Source: an uncultured delta proteobacterium (lineage in GTDB: Bacteria > Myxococcota_A > Polyangia > Fen-1088). Taken from it: a DNA stretch of 64,000 nt. Below are positions 50,065 through 60,453 of this stretch, one piece after another (position 1 is the stretch's first letter; the number at the start of each line of letters is the position of its first letter). The position numbers and the translations under genes are program-made. The notes below the pieces were generated by a model. That model had not been told where the DNA came from. It saw nothing but the letters and a program-made list of their open reading frames with translations, and did no database searches. The DNA lies in NCBI GenBank assembly GCA_963796685.1, contig CAWCMR010000022.1:128001-192000 (forward strand), in the 5' to 3' direction.

Positions 50065-51962
50065 AAGCGATCGCCTTTCTGCCCGTCTTGCTTTTGTCCG
50101 GCCCGGCTCTGGCGGTTTCCCCGGAGCAGCCTTTCACGACCCTGGTGCTGATCGTGGCCAGCAACCGCGGCCCGGCGCTCGACCGGCCACCCTTGCAGTA
50201 CGCGGACGACGACGGAGCCAAGTACCATGAGGTCTTCGCTTCCCTGGCCGGCGAGGCCAACACCACGCTCTTGACCGAGCTCGACGCCGACAGCGCACGC
50301 TTGTTTCCCCGCTTGGCGGCCTCTGTCGCGACCCCCACGCGCGCCCACGTCGATGCGGTGGTCGAACGCTTTACGCGCCAGGCGCATGAGGCGCACCAGG
50401 CCGGACGGCACGTCGGTTTCTACTTCGTGTTCGCCGGTCACGGCGACGTGGACGAAGGACGGGGTTTCTTGGAGCTCGCCGACGGCGCGTTTACCGCCGA
50501 CGATCTCGACGCGCTCTTGCGCCGCATCGGCGCCGACGAGTCGCACGTCATCCTCGACAGCTGCAACTCCTTCTTCGTGGTCAATCCGCGCAAGCCGGGC
50601 GGCCGGCGCTTCGCCACGCCTCGCGACGCTGCCGAGAAGCTGGCGCACCGGTTACCCAATGTCGGCGTGTTTCTGTCGACCAGCGCGGAGGCCGAGGTCT
50701 TCGAGTGGTCCGAGCTCCAGTCGGGCGTGTTCAGCCATGCCGTGCGCTCGGGCCTGATGGGCGCCGCCGATGCCAACCGCGACGGCCGTGTCAGCTACGA
50801 GGAGCTGGCCGCCTTCGTCGCCACCGCGGCGGCCGAAATCAAGAATCCCCTCTACCGCCCCAAGGTCTTCGCGCGCGGCCCGAACGGCGACGACGAGCGC
50901 ACGCTCTTCGACCTGGCGCGGACCCATACCCTGACCTTGACGGTCGACGAAGGTGCCGACACGCGCCTGGCGGTGCGCGACCGCGACGGCTTGCGCTGGC
51001 TCGATGCCCACAAGGAGGCGGGGCAGGTGCTTGACCTGCACCTTCCCTGGGCGTTCGCCGGCCATATGGAAGTGGATCGGTTGAGCGTCGATGGCCCCGT
51101 CGCCGGCTCGGTCCTGGCCCGCTACGAGGTGCCCGGAGACTCGGACAAGCCGGTGGTACTGGCGCAGCTCGCGGCCGAAACCCCGGAGAGCGGCCCGCGC
51201 GGCGGGCAGGAGCTCTTTCGCGGGCTCTTCGTTCGGCCCTTCGGCCCGCGCGCCCTGGCCGCCTATCGCGAAGAGCAGGCGCGCGCGCCCGAGCCGGTCT
51301 TCGGCATCTCGCGCGAAGACGCCCAGCGCATGGGCCTGCTGCTCGAACAGCTCGAGGCCATCGAGCACCAGCAGCGCCTGAGCTTGGCCACCATCAATTT
51401 CACCATGGGCGCGGTCTATGGAACCTATTTCGGGCTTGCGGCGCGCGAGCGCGGCCTGGCCGGGGACGAAAAGGCCGGCTTTCTCGCGGGCGGCATCATT
51501 CTGACCTCCATAAACATGGGAATGGGGTTGTATCGGCTGCTGCACGTCCCCGAGCGCGAGCGCGTCTACGAGCGCTTCCGCGCGGACATGTCCCGGCCCG
51601 ACGCCGACCAGGCGCGCGTGGCCGCCGCCATCGAGACACGGCTGCAGCAGATCCAGGACGAGGAACGACACCGGCGCAAGCTGAAGCTGGTGGCGGGATA
51701 CGTCGCCACCGGACTCTGCGTCGGACTGGCCGCGCTGAACGAGACCAATTCGCAGTCGCAGGACTCGCGCATTCTCGAGCGTGGGTTCATTCTCGCCGTG
51801 ACCGGGACGCTGCTGACCGTGACCTTGCACGAGCAGTTCTCGACCGGCGCCACCGACAAGCTCATCGAGCTGTGGCGCAAGGATCCGCGCCACCAGCCGC
51901 TCGATTTGTCCCTCGCGCCGGTGGCGGGCGGCGGGATGTTCGCGCTTTCAGGGACGTTCTAG
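50061..51962 (+). CDS. Exported caspase-like (peptidase C14 fold) protein with C-terminal membrane segments
   Basis: Signal peptide; LQYADDDG, FAGHG (His), LDSC (Cys), SGVFSHAVRSGLMGAAD; ends GGGMFALSGTF. Confidence 0.85.
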   Translation: MKAIAFLPVLLLSGPALAVSPEQPFTTLVLIVASNRGPALDRPPLQYADDDGAKYHEVFASLAGEANTTLLTELDADSARLFPRLAASVATPTRAHVDAVVERFTRQAHEAHQAGRHVGFYFVFAGHGDVDEGRGFLELADGAFTADDLDALLRRIGADESHVILDSCNSFFVVNPRKPGGRRFATPRDAAEKLAHRLPNVGVFLSTSAEAEVFEWSELQSGVFSHAVRSGLMGAADANRDGRVSYEELAAFVATAAAEIKNPLYRPKVFARGPNGDDERTLFDLARTHTLTLTVDEGADTRLAVRDRDGLRWLDAHKEAGQVLDLHLPWAFAGHMEVDRLSVDGPVAGSVLARYEVPGDSDKPVVLAQLAAETPESGPRGGQELFRGLFVRPFGPRALAAYREEQARAPEPVFGISREDAQRMGLLLEQLEAIEHQQRLSLATINFTMGAVYGTYFGLAARERGLAGDEKAGFLAGGIILTSINMGMGLYRLLHVPERERVYERFRADMSRPDADQARVAAAIETRLQQIQDEERHRRKLKLVAGYVATGLCVGLAALNETNSQSQDSRILERGFILAVTGTLLTVTLHEQFSTGATDKLIELWRKDPRHQPLDLSLAPVAGGGMFALSGTF

Positions 51963-52032
51963 CGACCGACTCGAGGGCCGCCAGCGCCCTGGAACTGGAT
52001 TCGCCCAGGCATGTGCCCTATGTTTCGGGCAC

Positions 52033-53280
52033 ATGCCTCCGTCAGACCATGACCAGCACGAATTGGGCGCGTCGCCGCGCAAGACCCTGATTCTGCTCGC
52101 GCTCTTCGCTCTTCTCGGCGTGATCTTCGCCGGGGTGTCGTCCTACGATTTCATCGCCCACCTCGACCGCCAGGTGCACGCCATCACCTGCTCCATCGTG
52201 CCGGGCCTCGGGCCCAAGGACACCAGCGGCGCGTCCGGATGCCACACCGTGCTCATGAGCCCGTACTCCTCGGTGTTGCGCGATCTGACGTGGGGCGGGA
52301 TCCCCATCGCCTTGCCGGCCTTCGGCGTGTTCGCCTTTCTGCTCTTTCGCGCCGTCGATCTGCTGTTGCGCAAGCGCATGGTGCGCGTCGAGACCGGGTT
52401 CATGGTCGCGGCGACCGCCCTGCCGGTGCTGACGTCGCTTGTCTATGCCATCATCTCGGCCACGCAGATCGGGACCTTTTGCAAGGTGTGCGTCGGTATC
52501 TATGTCTCGTCGCTGGGCGTGTTCGTGGCCGCCATCGCGGCCCACGTCTTCACCGCCCCGTCGCGGGATAGGGCCAGCACGAGCAGCCTCCTCGGCCAGT
52601 GGGGCTTCTACTTCGTCGAGGGGCTGGCCATGGTCGCCTTGCCGGTGCTGCTCTACCTGGCGCTCAAACCGGCCTACGCGGATTCGCTGCTGCACACCTC
52701 GGGGCTGCGCCATCCCGAGGACAAATACGGCATCATGCTGGATCTGCACGGCCAGGGACAGGTGCCCGCGATCGAGGTGCTGGATCCACTGTGTCCCGCG
52801 TGCAAGGGCTTCTCGGAACGCCTGGCTGCAAGTGGAATGGGCGATCGACTGCACCTCGAGCTCGTGCTCTTTCCCCTCGACAAGGAGTGCAACTGGATGG
52901 TCGGCGAGTCGCTTCACCCCGGCGCGTGCGCGGTCAGCGAGGCGCTGCTGTGCGCGGGCGATCGGGCGGGCAAGGTCCTGGATTGGGCCTTCGCCAACCA
53001 GGCGGATCTGCGCGCTCGCGGCGCCAGCGGCGAGTCCGCGGTCTATGCGCGCATCAAGCAGGACTTCCCCGATCTCGCCAGCTGCGTGGGCCAGCCCGCG
53101 GTGCGGTCGCGGGTCAACAAGGGGTTGCGCTGGATCGTGTCCAATTCGCTGCCCGTGCTGACGCCCCAACTTTTCGTACGCAACCAGAAGGTGCCCGACG
53201 AGGATACCGATCTCGGGCTCGACTACGTTTTGTCGCGCATGCTTGCCCAAAGCGCGAACGCGGGTGAGGTGCGACGATGA
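52033..53280 (+). CDS. VKOR-family disulfide-formation protein fused to a DsbA/thioredoxin-like domain
   Basis: Loop cysteines TCS...GC, SPYS, FCKVC; then DPLCPAC, FPLDKEC, LTP. Confidence 0.88.
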   Translation: MPPSDHDQHELGASPRKTLILLALFALLGVIFAGVSSYDFIAHLDRQVHAITCSIVPGLGPKDTSGASGCHTVLMSPYSSVLRDLTWGGIPIALPAFGVFAFLLFRAVDLLLRKRMVRVETGFMVAATALPVLTSLVYAIISATQIGTFCKVCVGIYVSSLGVFVAAIAAHVFTAPSRDRASTSSLLGQWGFYFVEGLAMVALPVLLYLALKPAYADSLLHTSGLRHPEDKYGIMLDLHGQGQVPAIEVLDPLCPACKGFSERLAASGMGDRLHLELVLFPLDKECNWMVGESLHPGACAVSEALLCAGDRAGKVLDWAFANQADLRARGASGESAVYARIKQDFPDLASCVGQPAVRSRVNKGLRWIVSNSLPVLTPQLFVRNQKVPDEDTDLGLDYVLSRMLAQSANAGEVRR

Positions 53281-53966
53281 ACGCGGGAAGGACGCATCTG
53301 GTGCTGCTTCTGTGCGCCTTGGCGGGCGTCGGGCTCGCGGTGTCGTCGTGGACGCGCGCGGCCGGGGTCCGGCTGGCCGAAACCCAGGGCAAGGCGCCCG
53401 AGGTGGCGACGGCCAGCGCCTCGGACATGGGCTACTGCTCGGGCGAGCTCAAGGTGATTCTCAAGCGCGTGCTGACCTCGTGCGGTCTCGTGGCCGGGGG
53501 AACCTCGCGCGGCTGCCAGCCCTTGCAGGCGCGCCAGGTGGCCGCCATGTCGGGTGGCGATTTCAATGCGCTCTTCTCACCGCTGGCCGAGCGCGCCGCG
53601 ATCCTGCAGTTCGACAAGGACAGCGCCGATCTCGATGCCGCCGCCGCCGATCTGCTGGAAAAGACCTTCGCCGATCGCCGCGGGGCCTCGTACTTCTTCG
53701 TGGTGTCGCGCGCCTCGCCGGAAGGCTCGACCGAGCACAATCGCGAGCTCAGCCACCGTCGCGGCAGCGCCGTGCTCGACCACATCCGGACCAAGTTCCA
53801 AGACCCCGACATCGATCAAGAGGTCGGGCTTCTGTGGCTGGGCGACGAGTTCGCCCAGCTCGATAAGCAGTTCTGCCAGTGGAAGCGCTCGCGTGCAGGC
53901 GACGCGTGCGGCACGCCGGAGCTGAACCGTTCGTCCTTCATCGCCTGGATCGACTGTCGGCTATGA
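53277..53966 (+). CDS. Exported Cys-rich protein with an OmpA-C-like domain
   Basis: Signal peptide; FDKDSADL...ASPEGSTEHNRELSHRRGSAV; six Cys in the mature chain. Confidence 0.7.
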   Translation: MNAGRTHLVLLLCALAGVGLAVSSWTRAAGVRLAETQGKAPEVATASASDMGYCSGELKVILKRVLTSCGLVAGGTSRGCQPLQARQVAAMSGGDFNALFSPLAERAAILQFDKDSADLDAAAADLLEKTFADRRGASYFFVVSRASPEGSTEHNRELSHRRGSAVLDHIRTKFQDPDIDQEVGLLWLGDEFAQLDKQFCQWKRSRAGDACGTPELNRSSFIAWIDCRL

Positions 53967-54556
53967 AACACGCACTGCTCGCCTTGTCACTCCTCTTGTG
54001 TGCCGCCTGCAACGAAAAGAGTCCGCAGCCCATGGCCTCGTCCCGCTACGAGGCGGTCAAGGCGGTTTCCAACCTGGCGGCACACTGGTGCGACACCTCG
54101 TTTGCCGGCGCCGCCGCGCCTCGCCTGACCCTGCCACCGCTGGCCGCGCCCAAGCCCGGCACCAGCCAGGTCGCGCTGCCCAAGGGTAAGCGCGTGTGGG
54201 TGAATCTGTGGGCCACCTGGTGCGAGCCGTGCCTGCGCGAAATGCCGCTCTTGCTCAAATGGCGGGACGATTTGCGCAAGGACGGCGTGGACGTGGACGT
54301 TCTGTTCCTCTCGCTCGACGAGGATGCGGGAGCCTTCGACGATTTTCTGGCCCACCACAAGGACATCGCGGCGGCCAAGGTCGCGCGCGTGGCATCCCAG
54401 CACGACTACGAACAGTGGACCAAGGCCTTCTTGAAGGCTCCCGACACGCCCATTCCCATCCACATGCTCGCCACCGCCGACGGCAACCTGCGCTGCATCC
54501 GCAGCGGCTCGCTTCGCGAGGGCGACTATCCCGCGGCGAAATCCGTCCTGCGTTAG
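53963..54556 (+). CDS. TlpA-family thiol-disulfide oxidoreductase lipoprotein
   Basis: Lipobox CAAC; VNLWATWCEPCLREMP. Confidence 0.88.
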   Translation: MKHALLALSLLLCAACNEKSPQPMASSRYEAVKAVSNLAAHWCDTSFAGAAAPRLTLPPLAAPKPGTSQVALPKGKRVWVNLWATWCEPCLREMPLLLKWRDDLRKDGVDVDVLFLSLDEDAGAFDDFLAHHKDIAAAKVARVASQHDYEQWTKAFLKAPDTPIPIHMLATADGNLRCIRSGSLREGDYPAAKSVLR

Positions 54557-54613
54557 CAACCGTTGCTTACCGCGGGCTAGCCGGCCGGCGCCTCATGCGA
54601 CTACAATGGGGCG

Positions 54614-56542
54614 ATGCTGGCACTGCTCGCTCTGTTCGGCCCCAAGCAAGGACTGCGCATTCCACTCGCCGGGCGGCTGACGCTTGGCCGCGGGGCGGAT
54701 GCGGATCTGCGGCTGGAGGATGGCAAGGTTTCGCGCGAGCACAGTCGCATCGACGCCACCTCGGTGCGGGCGATGATCGAGGATCTCGGCAGTCAGAATG
54801 GTACCTATGTCAACGGCGAGCGCATCAGCCGTCCCACCCCGCTTGCCGAGGGCGACGAGATCATGCTAGGCGACACGTTGCTGCTCGTCGCTGGCGACCC
54901 GATCGAGGTTGCGAACGCGCGCTACGGTGCGGGCACCTTGCTGGTCTCGCCGCGCGGACGCGCCAGCACGGCCTTGAATCCCGGCTCGCCTCTTCCCGAA
55001 CAGGCGGGCAGGGACGGCACGCGCGGAATCGGTGCGCTGGCGGCGCGGCTGGCGGCGGCGGGCAGCGAAGAGGAGGTCGCCGCAGCCGTGCTCGACGCGA
55101 TCGAAGGCGAGCTTGCGCCGAAGCGCGCGACGCTGCTCTTGCGCGTGTGGCAGGGCCAGGCCAAGGAGCGGGTCGTGGCGCTCGCCACGCGCGGCGAGGG
55201 CGGGGTGTTTTCCGTCTCGCGTACGCTGCTCGAACGCGCAGCCACATCGCAGCGAGGAATTTTGGTCGAGGATTCCACGGACAGCCGCGAGCTGCGCGGC
55301 GTGCGCAGCGTGGTTCTGCACGACCTGCGCTCGGTGCTGGTCGTGCCTTGGGGCCCGCGTGGGGATGGCGTGCACGGCGAAGGGCCGCGCGGTTTCATCC
55401 ATGTGGATCGGGGTCCAGAGCGTCCCTTCGTTTCGTCGGATCTGGCCTGGCTGGAGGCTGTGGGGCACCTCGTGACCCTGCGTTTGGGCGAGCGTCCGGG
55501 GCCCGCACCCGCCGCGACCGTGGCGACCATGGCGACCATGGCGACCATGGAAGGTCCCGTCGGAGCAAGCCCTGCCTTCGTTGCCGCCCTCGGGTTGGCC
55601 ACCTCGGCGGCGCGTGTGGATTCGACGGTGTTGCTCCTCGGCGAGCCCGGGACCGGCAAGGAAGATATTGCCCGTCTGATTCACACCCGCAGCGCGCGCC
55701 ATCGCGGCCCGTTCGTGGCCGTCCACTGTGGGGCCATGGCCGAGACCCTGGTCGAGAGCGAGCTTTTGGGTCACGAAAAGTGCGCCTCCAGCGGCGTCGC
55801 CGTCACGCGCCTCGGTGCCTTCGAGGCGGCCGATGGCGGAACCTTGTTTCTCGACGAGATCGGCGATCTATCGCCTGCCCTGCAGACCAAGCTTCTGCGT
55901 GTGCTGAGGGAGCGGGCGGTGGTGCGGGTCGGCGCCGGCTTGTCCCGGCAGGTGGACGTGCGCATCGTGGCCGCCACCCACCGCGATCTCGCCCACGACG
56001 TGAACGATGGGCTCTTTCGCGAAGACCTCTTCCTTCGCCTCGGCGTCCTCGCCATCACCTTGCCGCCGCTGCGCGATCGGCGCGACGACATTCCCCTGTT
56101 GGCGCGCGTGCTCGTGGATCGCATCGCCGCGCGCCTCGGCCGGCGCTCTCCCGGCCTGACCGCCGATGCGGAGACCGCGCTGGCCGCCTGGGAATATCCC
56201 GGCAATGTGCCCGAGCTCGTCAACGTGCTCGAACGCGTTCTCGTCCTGCGCGATCCGCGCGATCCAGGAGCCATCGATCGCGACGATGTGCTGGCCGGGC
56301 TCGGGCGCCCCATGCGCCCGCTTGCCGGCCCGGCGGTGTCTTCCGGGCAGGATGCCCACGAGGGCAAGCTCGCGAACGCGATGGAGCGGCTCGAAAAGGG
56401 CAAGGTGGAAGCCGCCCTTCGTCGCGCGCGCGGCGTGAAGAGTCACGCGGCTCGCATCCTCGGCATCAGCCGGCCCGCGCTCGACAAGAAGATCGCGGAT
56501 CTGAACGTCGACCTGTGGGCCAAGGAGACCGGCGGCAACTAA
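54614..56542 (+). CDS. FHA-GAF-AAA-HTH sigma54-type regulator with a degenerate GAFTGA loop
   Basis: GR...VSREH...[11 protein letters not shown]; GEPGTGKE; [16 protein letters not shown]; YPGNVPEL; [12 protein letters not shown]. Confidence 0.88.
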   Translation: MLALLALFGPKQGLRIPLAGRLTLGRGADADLRLEDGKVSREHSRIDATSVRAMIEDLGSQNGTYVNGERISRPTPLAEGDEIMLGDTLLLVAGDPIEVANARYGAGTLLVSPRGRASTALNPGSPLPEQAGRDGTRGIGALAARLAAAGSEEEVAAAVLDAIEGELAPKRATLLLRVWQGQAKERVVALATRGEGGVFSVSRTLLERAATSQRGILVEDSTDSRELRGVRSVVLHDLRSVLVVPWGPRGDGVHGEGPRGFIHVDRGPERPFVSSDLAWLEAVGHLVTLRLGERPGPAPAATVATMATMATMEGPVGASPAFVAALGLATSAARVDSTVLLLGEPGTGKEDIARLIHTRSARHRGPFVAVHCGAMAETLVESELLGHEKCASSGVAVTRLGAFEAADGGTLFLDEIGDLSPALQTKLLRVLRERAVVRVGAGLSRQVDVRIVAATHRDLAHDVNDGLFREDLFLRLGVLAITLPPLRDRRDDIPLLARVLVDRIAARLGRRSPGLTADAETALAAWEYPGNVPELVNVLERVLVLRDPRDPGAIDRDDVLAGLGRPMRPLAGPAVSSGQDAHEGKLANAMERLEKGKVEAALRRARGVKSHAARILGISRPALDKKIADLNVDLWAKETGGN

Positions 56543-56669
56543 AGCCGCCTGGCGGCCGCCACTACAGTACGCAGAACCAACCGTAGGATGGCGACAGCGG
56601 AGGTAGCGCTCGAGATCGGGGTGGAGGAAGTCGGGCGACGGCGCACCAGCGGTGCTCGCGCCCGCGGGA

Positions 56670-57317
56670 TCAGAGGATCGCCACCGTGTAGGCGAACCGG
56701 ACGGCTCCTATGATCCAGGTGTGCACCGCCATCTGGTTGTCCGGGATGTCCCGGCTTGCGCCGCCCGCGCTGATGCTGCCATAGCGGCCGAGCTCGAAAC
56801 CGAAGTAGGGCGCAATAGTCAAGCGCGGCGAGATCTCGAATTCGCCACCCACCTTGAGCGACAGGTATTCGTATCCGTCGATGCTGCCGCTCGTGCCAGA
56901 CATGCCGATCTCGAGCGATTCGTAGCCGACGCCGACGCTGCCCCACAGGGGCGTGCTGGGCAGGTAGCCCCGGCCTTCGATGCCGAGCTCGGTGCGATCG
57001 GCCGAGCAGCTCGCGCCGCTCGGGCAGTTGTCGGTGAAGCCGAAGTCGTAGCCGAAGAGCAGGCCCGCGTAGAAGGCCTGGGAAAAGCGGTAGCCCAGCC
57101 CCAACGTCAAGGGAACCAGTGCTGGTACGTAGTAAGAGATGGCGTGGTCGTTTTCAATCCAGTTTCCCGTTGAACGAGCGACGCCGAGGGCGGCCGACAC
57201 CTCGATGCCGTGATCGATCGACGTTTGCGCCGAGGCCACGGTCGAGCCAAGGGCAACGACCGCAAAGCCGGCAACGGCAAGAACAGTTCGGGTGGCACGG
57301 ACGGGCTTTTGTCGCAT
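56670..57317 (-). CDS. Small outer-membrane beta-barrel protein
   Basis: Signal peptide ASAQ; alternating aromatic strands LGLGYRF, GVGYE, VRFAY. Confidence 0.72.
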   Translation of the reverse strand: MRQKPVRATRTVLAVAGFAVVALGSTVASAQTSIDHGIEVSAALGVARSTGNWIENDHAISYYVPALVPLTLGLGYRFSQAFYAGLLFGYDFGFTDNCPSGASCSADRTELGIEGRGYLPSTPLWGSVGVGYESLEIGMSGTSGSIDGYEYLSLKVGGEFEISPRLTIAPYFGFELGRYGSISAGGASRDIPDNQMAVHTWIIGAVRFAYTVAIL

Positions 57318-57668
57318 GGGGGAAGCTCCGCAAGAGAGTGTTGGTGAAAGAGGTCCCATCGAGTGTAGTCCAATCCCGCAATTCACTCTAGTGGTAGCTG
57401 ACGCGGGCGTCGGCGTCACCTCACCAGCTCGAGTTGGTACACAGGAGCACGATCTGGGATCGTGAGCAGCCTTCGGTTGGCAGGTCCGCCGAGAACGGGA
57501 GACCACAAGGCCAGGCTTGGTCTCCGGTGCCTTGGCCCGCAGCCGCTAGCCCTCAAACTCTGGCGGATATCGTCACGGCCCATGGCGGTCGCTTACTGCT
57601 GCCATGGCCCCTGAAATTTTTCGCGACGGTGGGGCTTCGGCCGACCAGACTCTGCCCCGGTGACACCG

Positions 57669-59255
57669 ATGAGCCAGGCAGCCCCCAACAAATGGTTGGT
57701 GACCATCTCGATTACCTTCGGGACGTTGATGGGCGCCATCGACATGTCCATCGTCAATGTCGCGATCCCGCACATGCGCGGCGCCCTAGGGGCCTCGGTC
57801 GACGAGATCACGTGGGTCTCGACCGGCTACATCATCGCCAACGTCATCGTCATGCCCTTGGTTGCCTGGCTTGGAGGTCGCTTCGGTCGCAAGAAGGTCT
57901 ACCAGTCGTGCATGCTCCTCTTCCTGGTCGGCTCGTTCTTTTGCGGTACGGCGCGATCGCTCGGAACCTTGGTTTTCTTTCGCATCTTGCAAGGGCTCGG
58001 GGCAGGGGGGCTGCAGCCCACCGAGCAGGCCATCTTGCGTGAGACGTTTCCGCTCGAGGAGCAGGCGACGGCCATGTCCCTCTTCGGGCTGGCGGTGATG
58101 ATCGGTCCCGCCATCGGGCCGACGCTGGGCGGTTGGCTCGTGGACCACCAGTCTTGGCCCTGGATCTTCTACGTCAACCTTCCCGTCGGCGCGCTTGGCC
58201 TCATCATGGTCCAGCGCTTCGTGCACGATCCCGAGTTCTTGGTGGCCGGCAAAGAGCGGGCACGTCGCGAGAAGGTCGACTATCTCGGGCTGGCGCTGCT
58301 GGCCGTTGGCCTCGGCTCGTTTCAGCTTCTACTCGAACGCGGCGACCAGCTCGATTGGTTCTCGAGCCGCGAGATTGATGCTTTGGCAGTTATCGCCGTC
58401 ATCGCTCTGACCGCGTTCGTGATCCGCGAGCTCACCACGGAGCACCCGATTGTCGACCTCTCCGTCCTCAAAGATCGTTGCTTTGCGGGTGGAACCTTCA
58501 TCGGCGGTCTGCTCGGCCTGTCGCTTTTCGGCAGCTTGTTCATTTTGCCGCTCTTCTTCCAGGAGCTGCGCGGCCTCTCGGCGGAGCAATCCGGCATCGA
58601 GCTCATGCCGCGGACCCTGGTCATGATGGTTACGATGCCGATTGCGGGCCTGCTGTTCAATCGTGTCGGTGCGCGCTTGATGATCGCGGTCGGCCTGGCC
58701 ATCGGGGGCTACGCGGCCTGGACCATGAAGTACTTCACGCTCGATTCCAGCCTTGGGGACATGGTCACCCCGCAGATCGTCCAAGGGATTGGATTTTCCT
58801 TGGTCTTCGTGGCCCTGTCGACCGCCACCCTGGCGAAGTTGCCCAAGTCCAAGATGAGCGCCGCCACCGGGCTCTACAATCTGGTCCGCAATCTCGGCGG
58901 CTCGGTCGGCACCGCCATCATTGCCGTCCTGTTCGAGCGCGCGCAGGGATTCGCCTACAGCGACCTCGCAGGACACATCACGCCCGCCCAGCCCCAGGTC
59001 GCCACGCGGCTGATAGCCGTGCATTCGCTGCTTGCAAGCCGCTTCGGATTCGCCTCCTCCGGCGACAGCTTGCGCGTGCTCGACCTGGAGGTCATGCGCC
59101 AGGTGACCCTACTCGCTTTCGAGCGCGTCTTCGCCATCATCGGGCTTGTCTTCTTTGCCTCGATCCCCTTCGTCCTGTTGCTTGAAAACGTGCGCCCGCA
59201 TCGCAAGGCAACCGGATCAGAAGCCGAGCCAAAGGCCCGGCCGCAGGCGGGGTGA
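57669..59255 (+). CDS. DHA2 (EmrB/QacA) MFS efflux permease
   Basis: IDMSIVNVAIP, WVSTGY, RFGRK, GPAIGPTLGG, WIFYVNLPVG. Confidence 0.93.
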   Translation: MSQAAPNKWLVTISITFGTLMGAIDMSIVNVAIPHMRGALGASVDEITWVSTGYIIANVIVMPLVAWLGGRFGRKKVYQSCMLLFLVGSFFCGTARSLGTLVFFRILQGLGAGGLQPTEQAILRETFPLEEQATAMSLFGLAVMIGPAIGPTLGGWLVDHQSWPWIFYVNLPVGALGLIMVQRFVHDPEFLVAGKERARREKVDYLGLALLAVGLGSFQLLLERGDQLDWFSSREIDALAVIAVIALTAFVIRELTTEHPIVDLSVLKDRCFAGGTFIGGLLGLSLFGSLFILPLFFQELRGLSAEQSGIELMPRTLVMMVTMPIAGLLFNRVGARLMIAVGLAIGGYAAWTMKYFTLDSSLGDMVTPQIVQGIGFSLVFVALSTATLAKLPKSKMSAATGLYNLVRNLGGSVGTAIIAVLFERAQGFAYSDLAGHITPAQPQVATRLIAVHSLLASRFGFASSGDSLRVLDLEVMRQVTLLAFERVFAIIGLVFFASIPFVLLLENVRPHRKATGSEAEPKARPQAG

Positions 59256-59389
59256 AGTCCGCGAATTCACTTCGCGAACCAGGCGAGGACCGCGGCCTGC
59301 CCTTTTGGTGCCTGGGCGGGTGGCACTGCTTCTGAGCAAGACGGGTGCCATTCCCTTGCCTCACCACAGAGGCGTCTGCATCTATGTGT

Positions 59390-59600
59390 ATGAAACGTAC
59401 AAATCTTGTGCTTGATGAGGAGTTGCTCGCGGAGGCAACGAGGCTCGGCGGGCAGAAGACGTACTCGGCAACAGTCAACGCCGCCCTCCACGACTTTGTC
59501 AGACGATTCCGTGCACAATCAGATTCTCTCGTTGCGCGGAACTGGAGCCTGGCAGGGCAACCTTTCCCACACGCGCGGAGACGATTCGGCTCGTTCTGCG
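59390..59600 (+). pseudogene. vapB: VapB-family antitoxin, frameshifted near 59515; no intact VapC
   Basis: MKRTNLVLDEELLAEA...TVNAAL; continuation ILSLRGTGAWQGNL in another frame. Confidence 0.7.
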
Positions 59601-60014
59601 CCACGCAGACGGGGTGCCCGTCGCGACGATGAACAGGCATGCAAAGACGATCTTCGACGCATCGCAGGTCATCGCTCTCCTTCCCTGGCGCAAACAGGCT
59701 CTAGCCATGGTTTCTCGAACGGCCCAAGATCAACGGGTGCGTGTCGGGCCGCGCCGACGCGGTCGGTGGGGACCTCGGGCAGGAGGTTGCCGAAATTCGA
59801 GCCACGGCGTGGTGGCGGTGGGGGCGAAGGCGCCGGGGTCGTGGCCAATCGTCGTCGGGAAAGCCGCGAACCAGCTCGGATCGAAGGTCTCGGGCTGTAG
59901 GCCGGCGCGGGGTTGTTCGAGCCGAAGAACCCGGAGACCCACGCGTTCTTGCGCATCCATGGCTTGCCGGGCACGCACGCGACATAGTCCGGCGTTCGAA
60001 CCAACGCCTGCGGT

Positions 60015-60442
60015 CTACCAGCCGATCGCAACCAGCATGTATTGCGGGTTGGCGTGCGACATGTAGCTCGAATAACTGCCGACATCGTCGTAGGAGAAGC
60101 CATACGCGCGCCCTCCGAGGGCATTGTCGTGCCAGAACCTGGCGTAGTAGTCGGCGGGGGCGGTTTGATAGAAGGTCGAGCTGTCCTTCCAGAGCGTCTT
60201 GTCGAGCAGCTTGCCGCTCGGGTCGAAGGTTCCGGCGAGGTGGCCGACGTGGCGGAAGATGGCGGCCGAAAGATCCGGATACGATCCCAGCCCGCTGCCG
60301 TTCGGGCCGGGTTTGGCGACCGTCAGGCCGTTGGCCGCCCACAAGGAATCGACAAAGGAATCGTAGTAATTGGCATACGCACCGCCGGTCTTGAATCCGT
60401 CCGCGCCTGGTTCGACGATGCGATAGGGAGGACTTTCATCAT
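60015..60442 (-). pseudogene. GH64 beta-1,3-glucanase relic (C-terminal part only)
   Basis: FYQTAPADYYARFWH...AYGFSYDDV; GGAGG + MMKVL start is out of frame with it. Confidence 0.72.
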
Positions 60443-60453
60443 GAACGGCCTCC

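Noticed and set aside
54196-56586. 796-aa Arg-rich ORF and similar long alternate-frame ORFs (e.g. 35427-36830, 47271-48470, 52042-53250)
   Set aside because: GC-rich shadow frames over well-supported genes, with no motifs (except the DUF3006 part at 47271-47519).
57320-57660. Long divergent intergenic region as a riboswitch
   Set aside because: No recognisable aptamer consensus.
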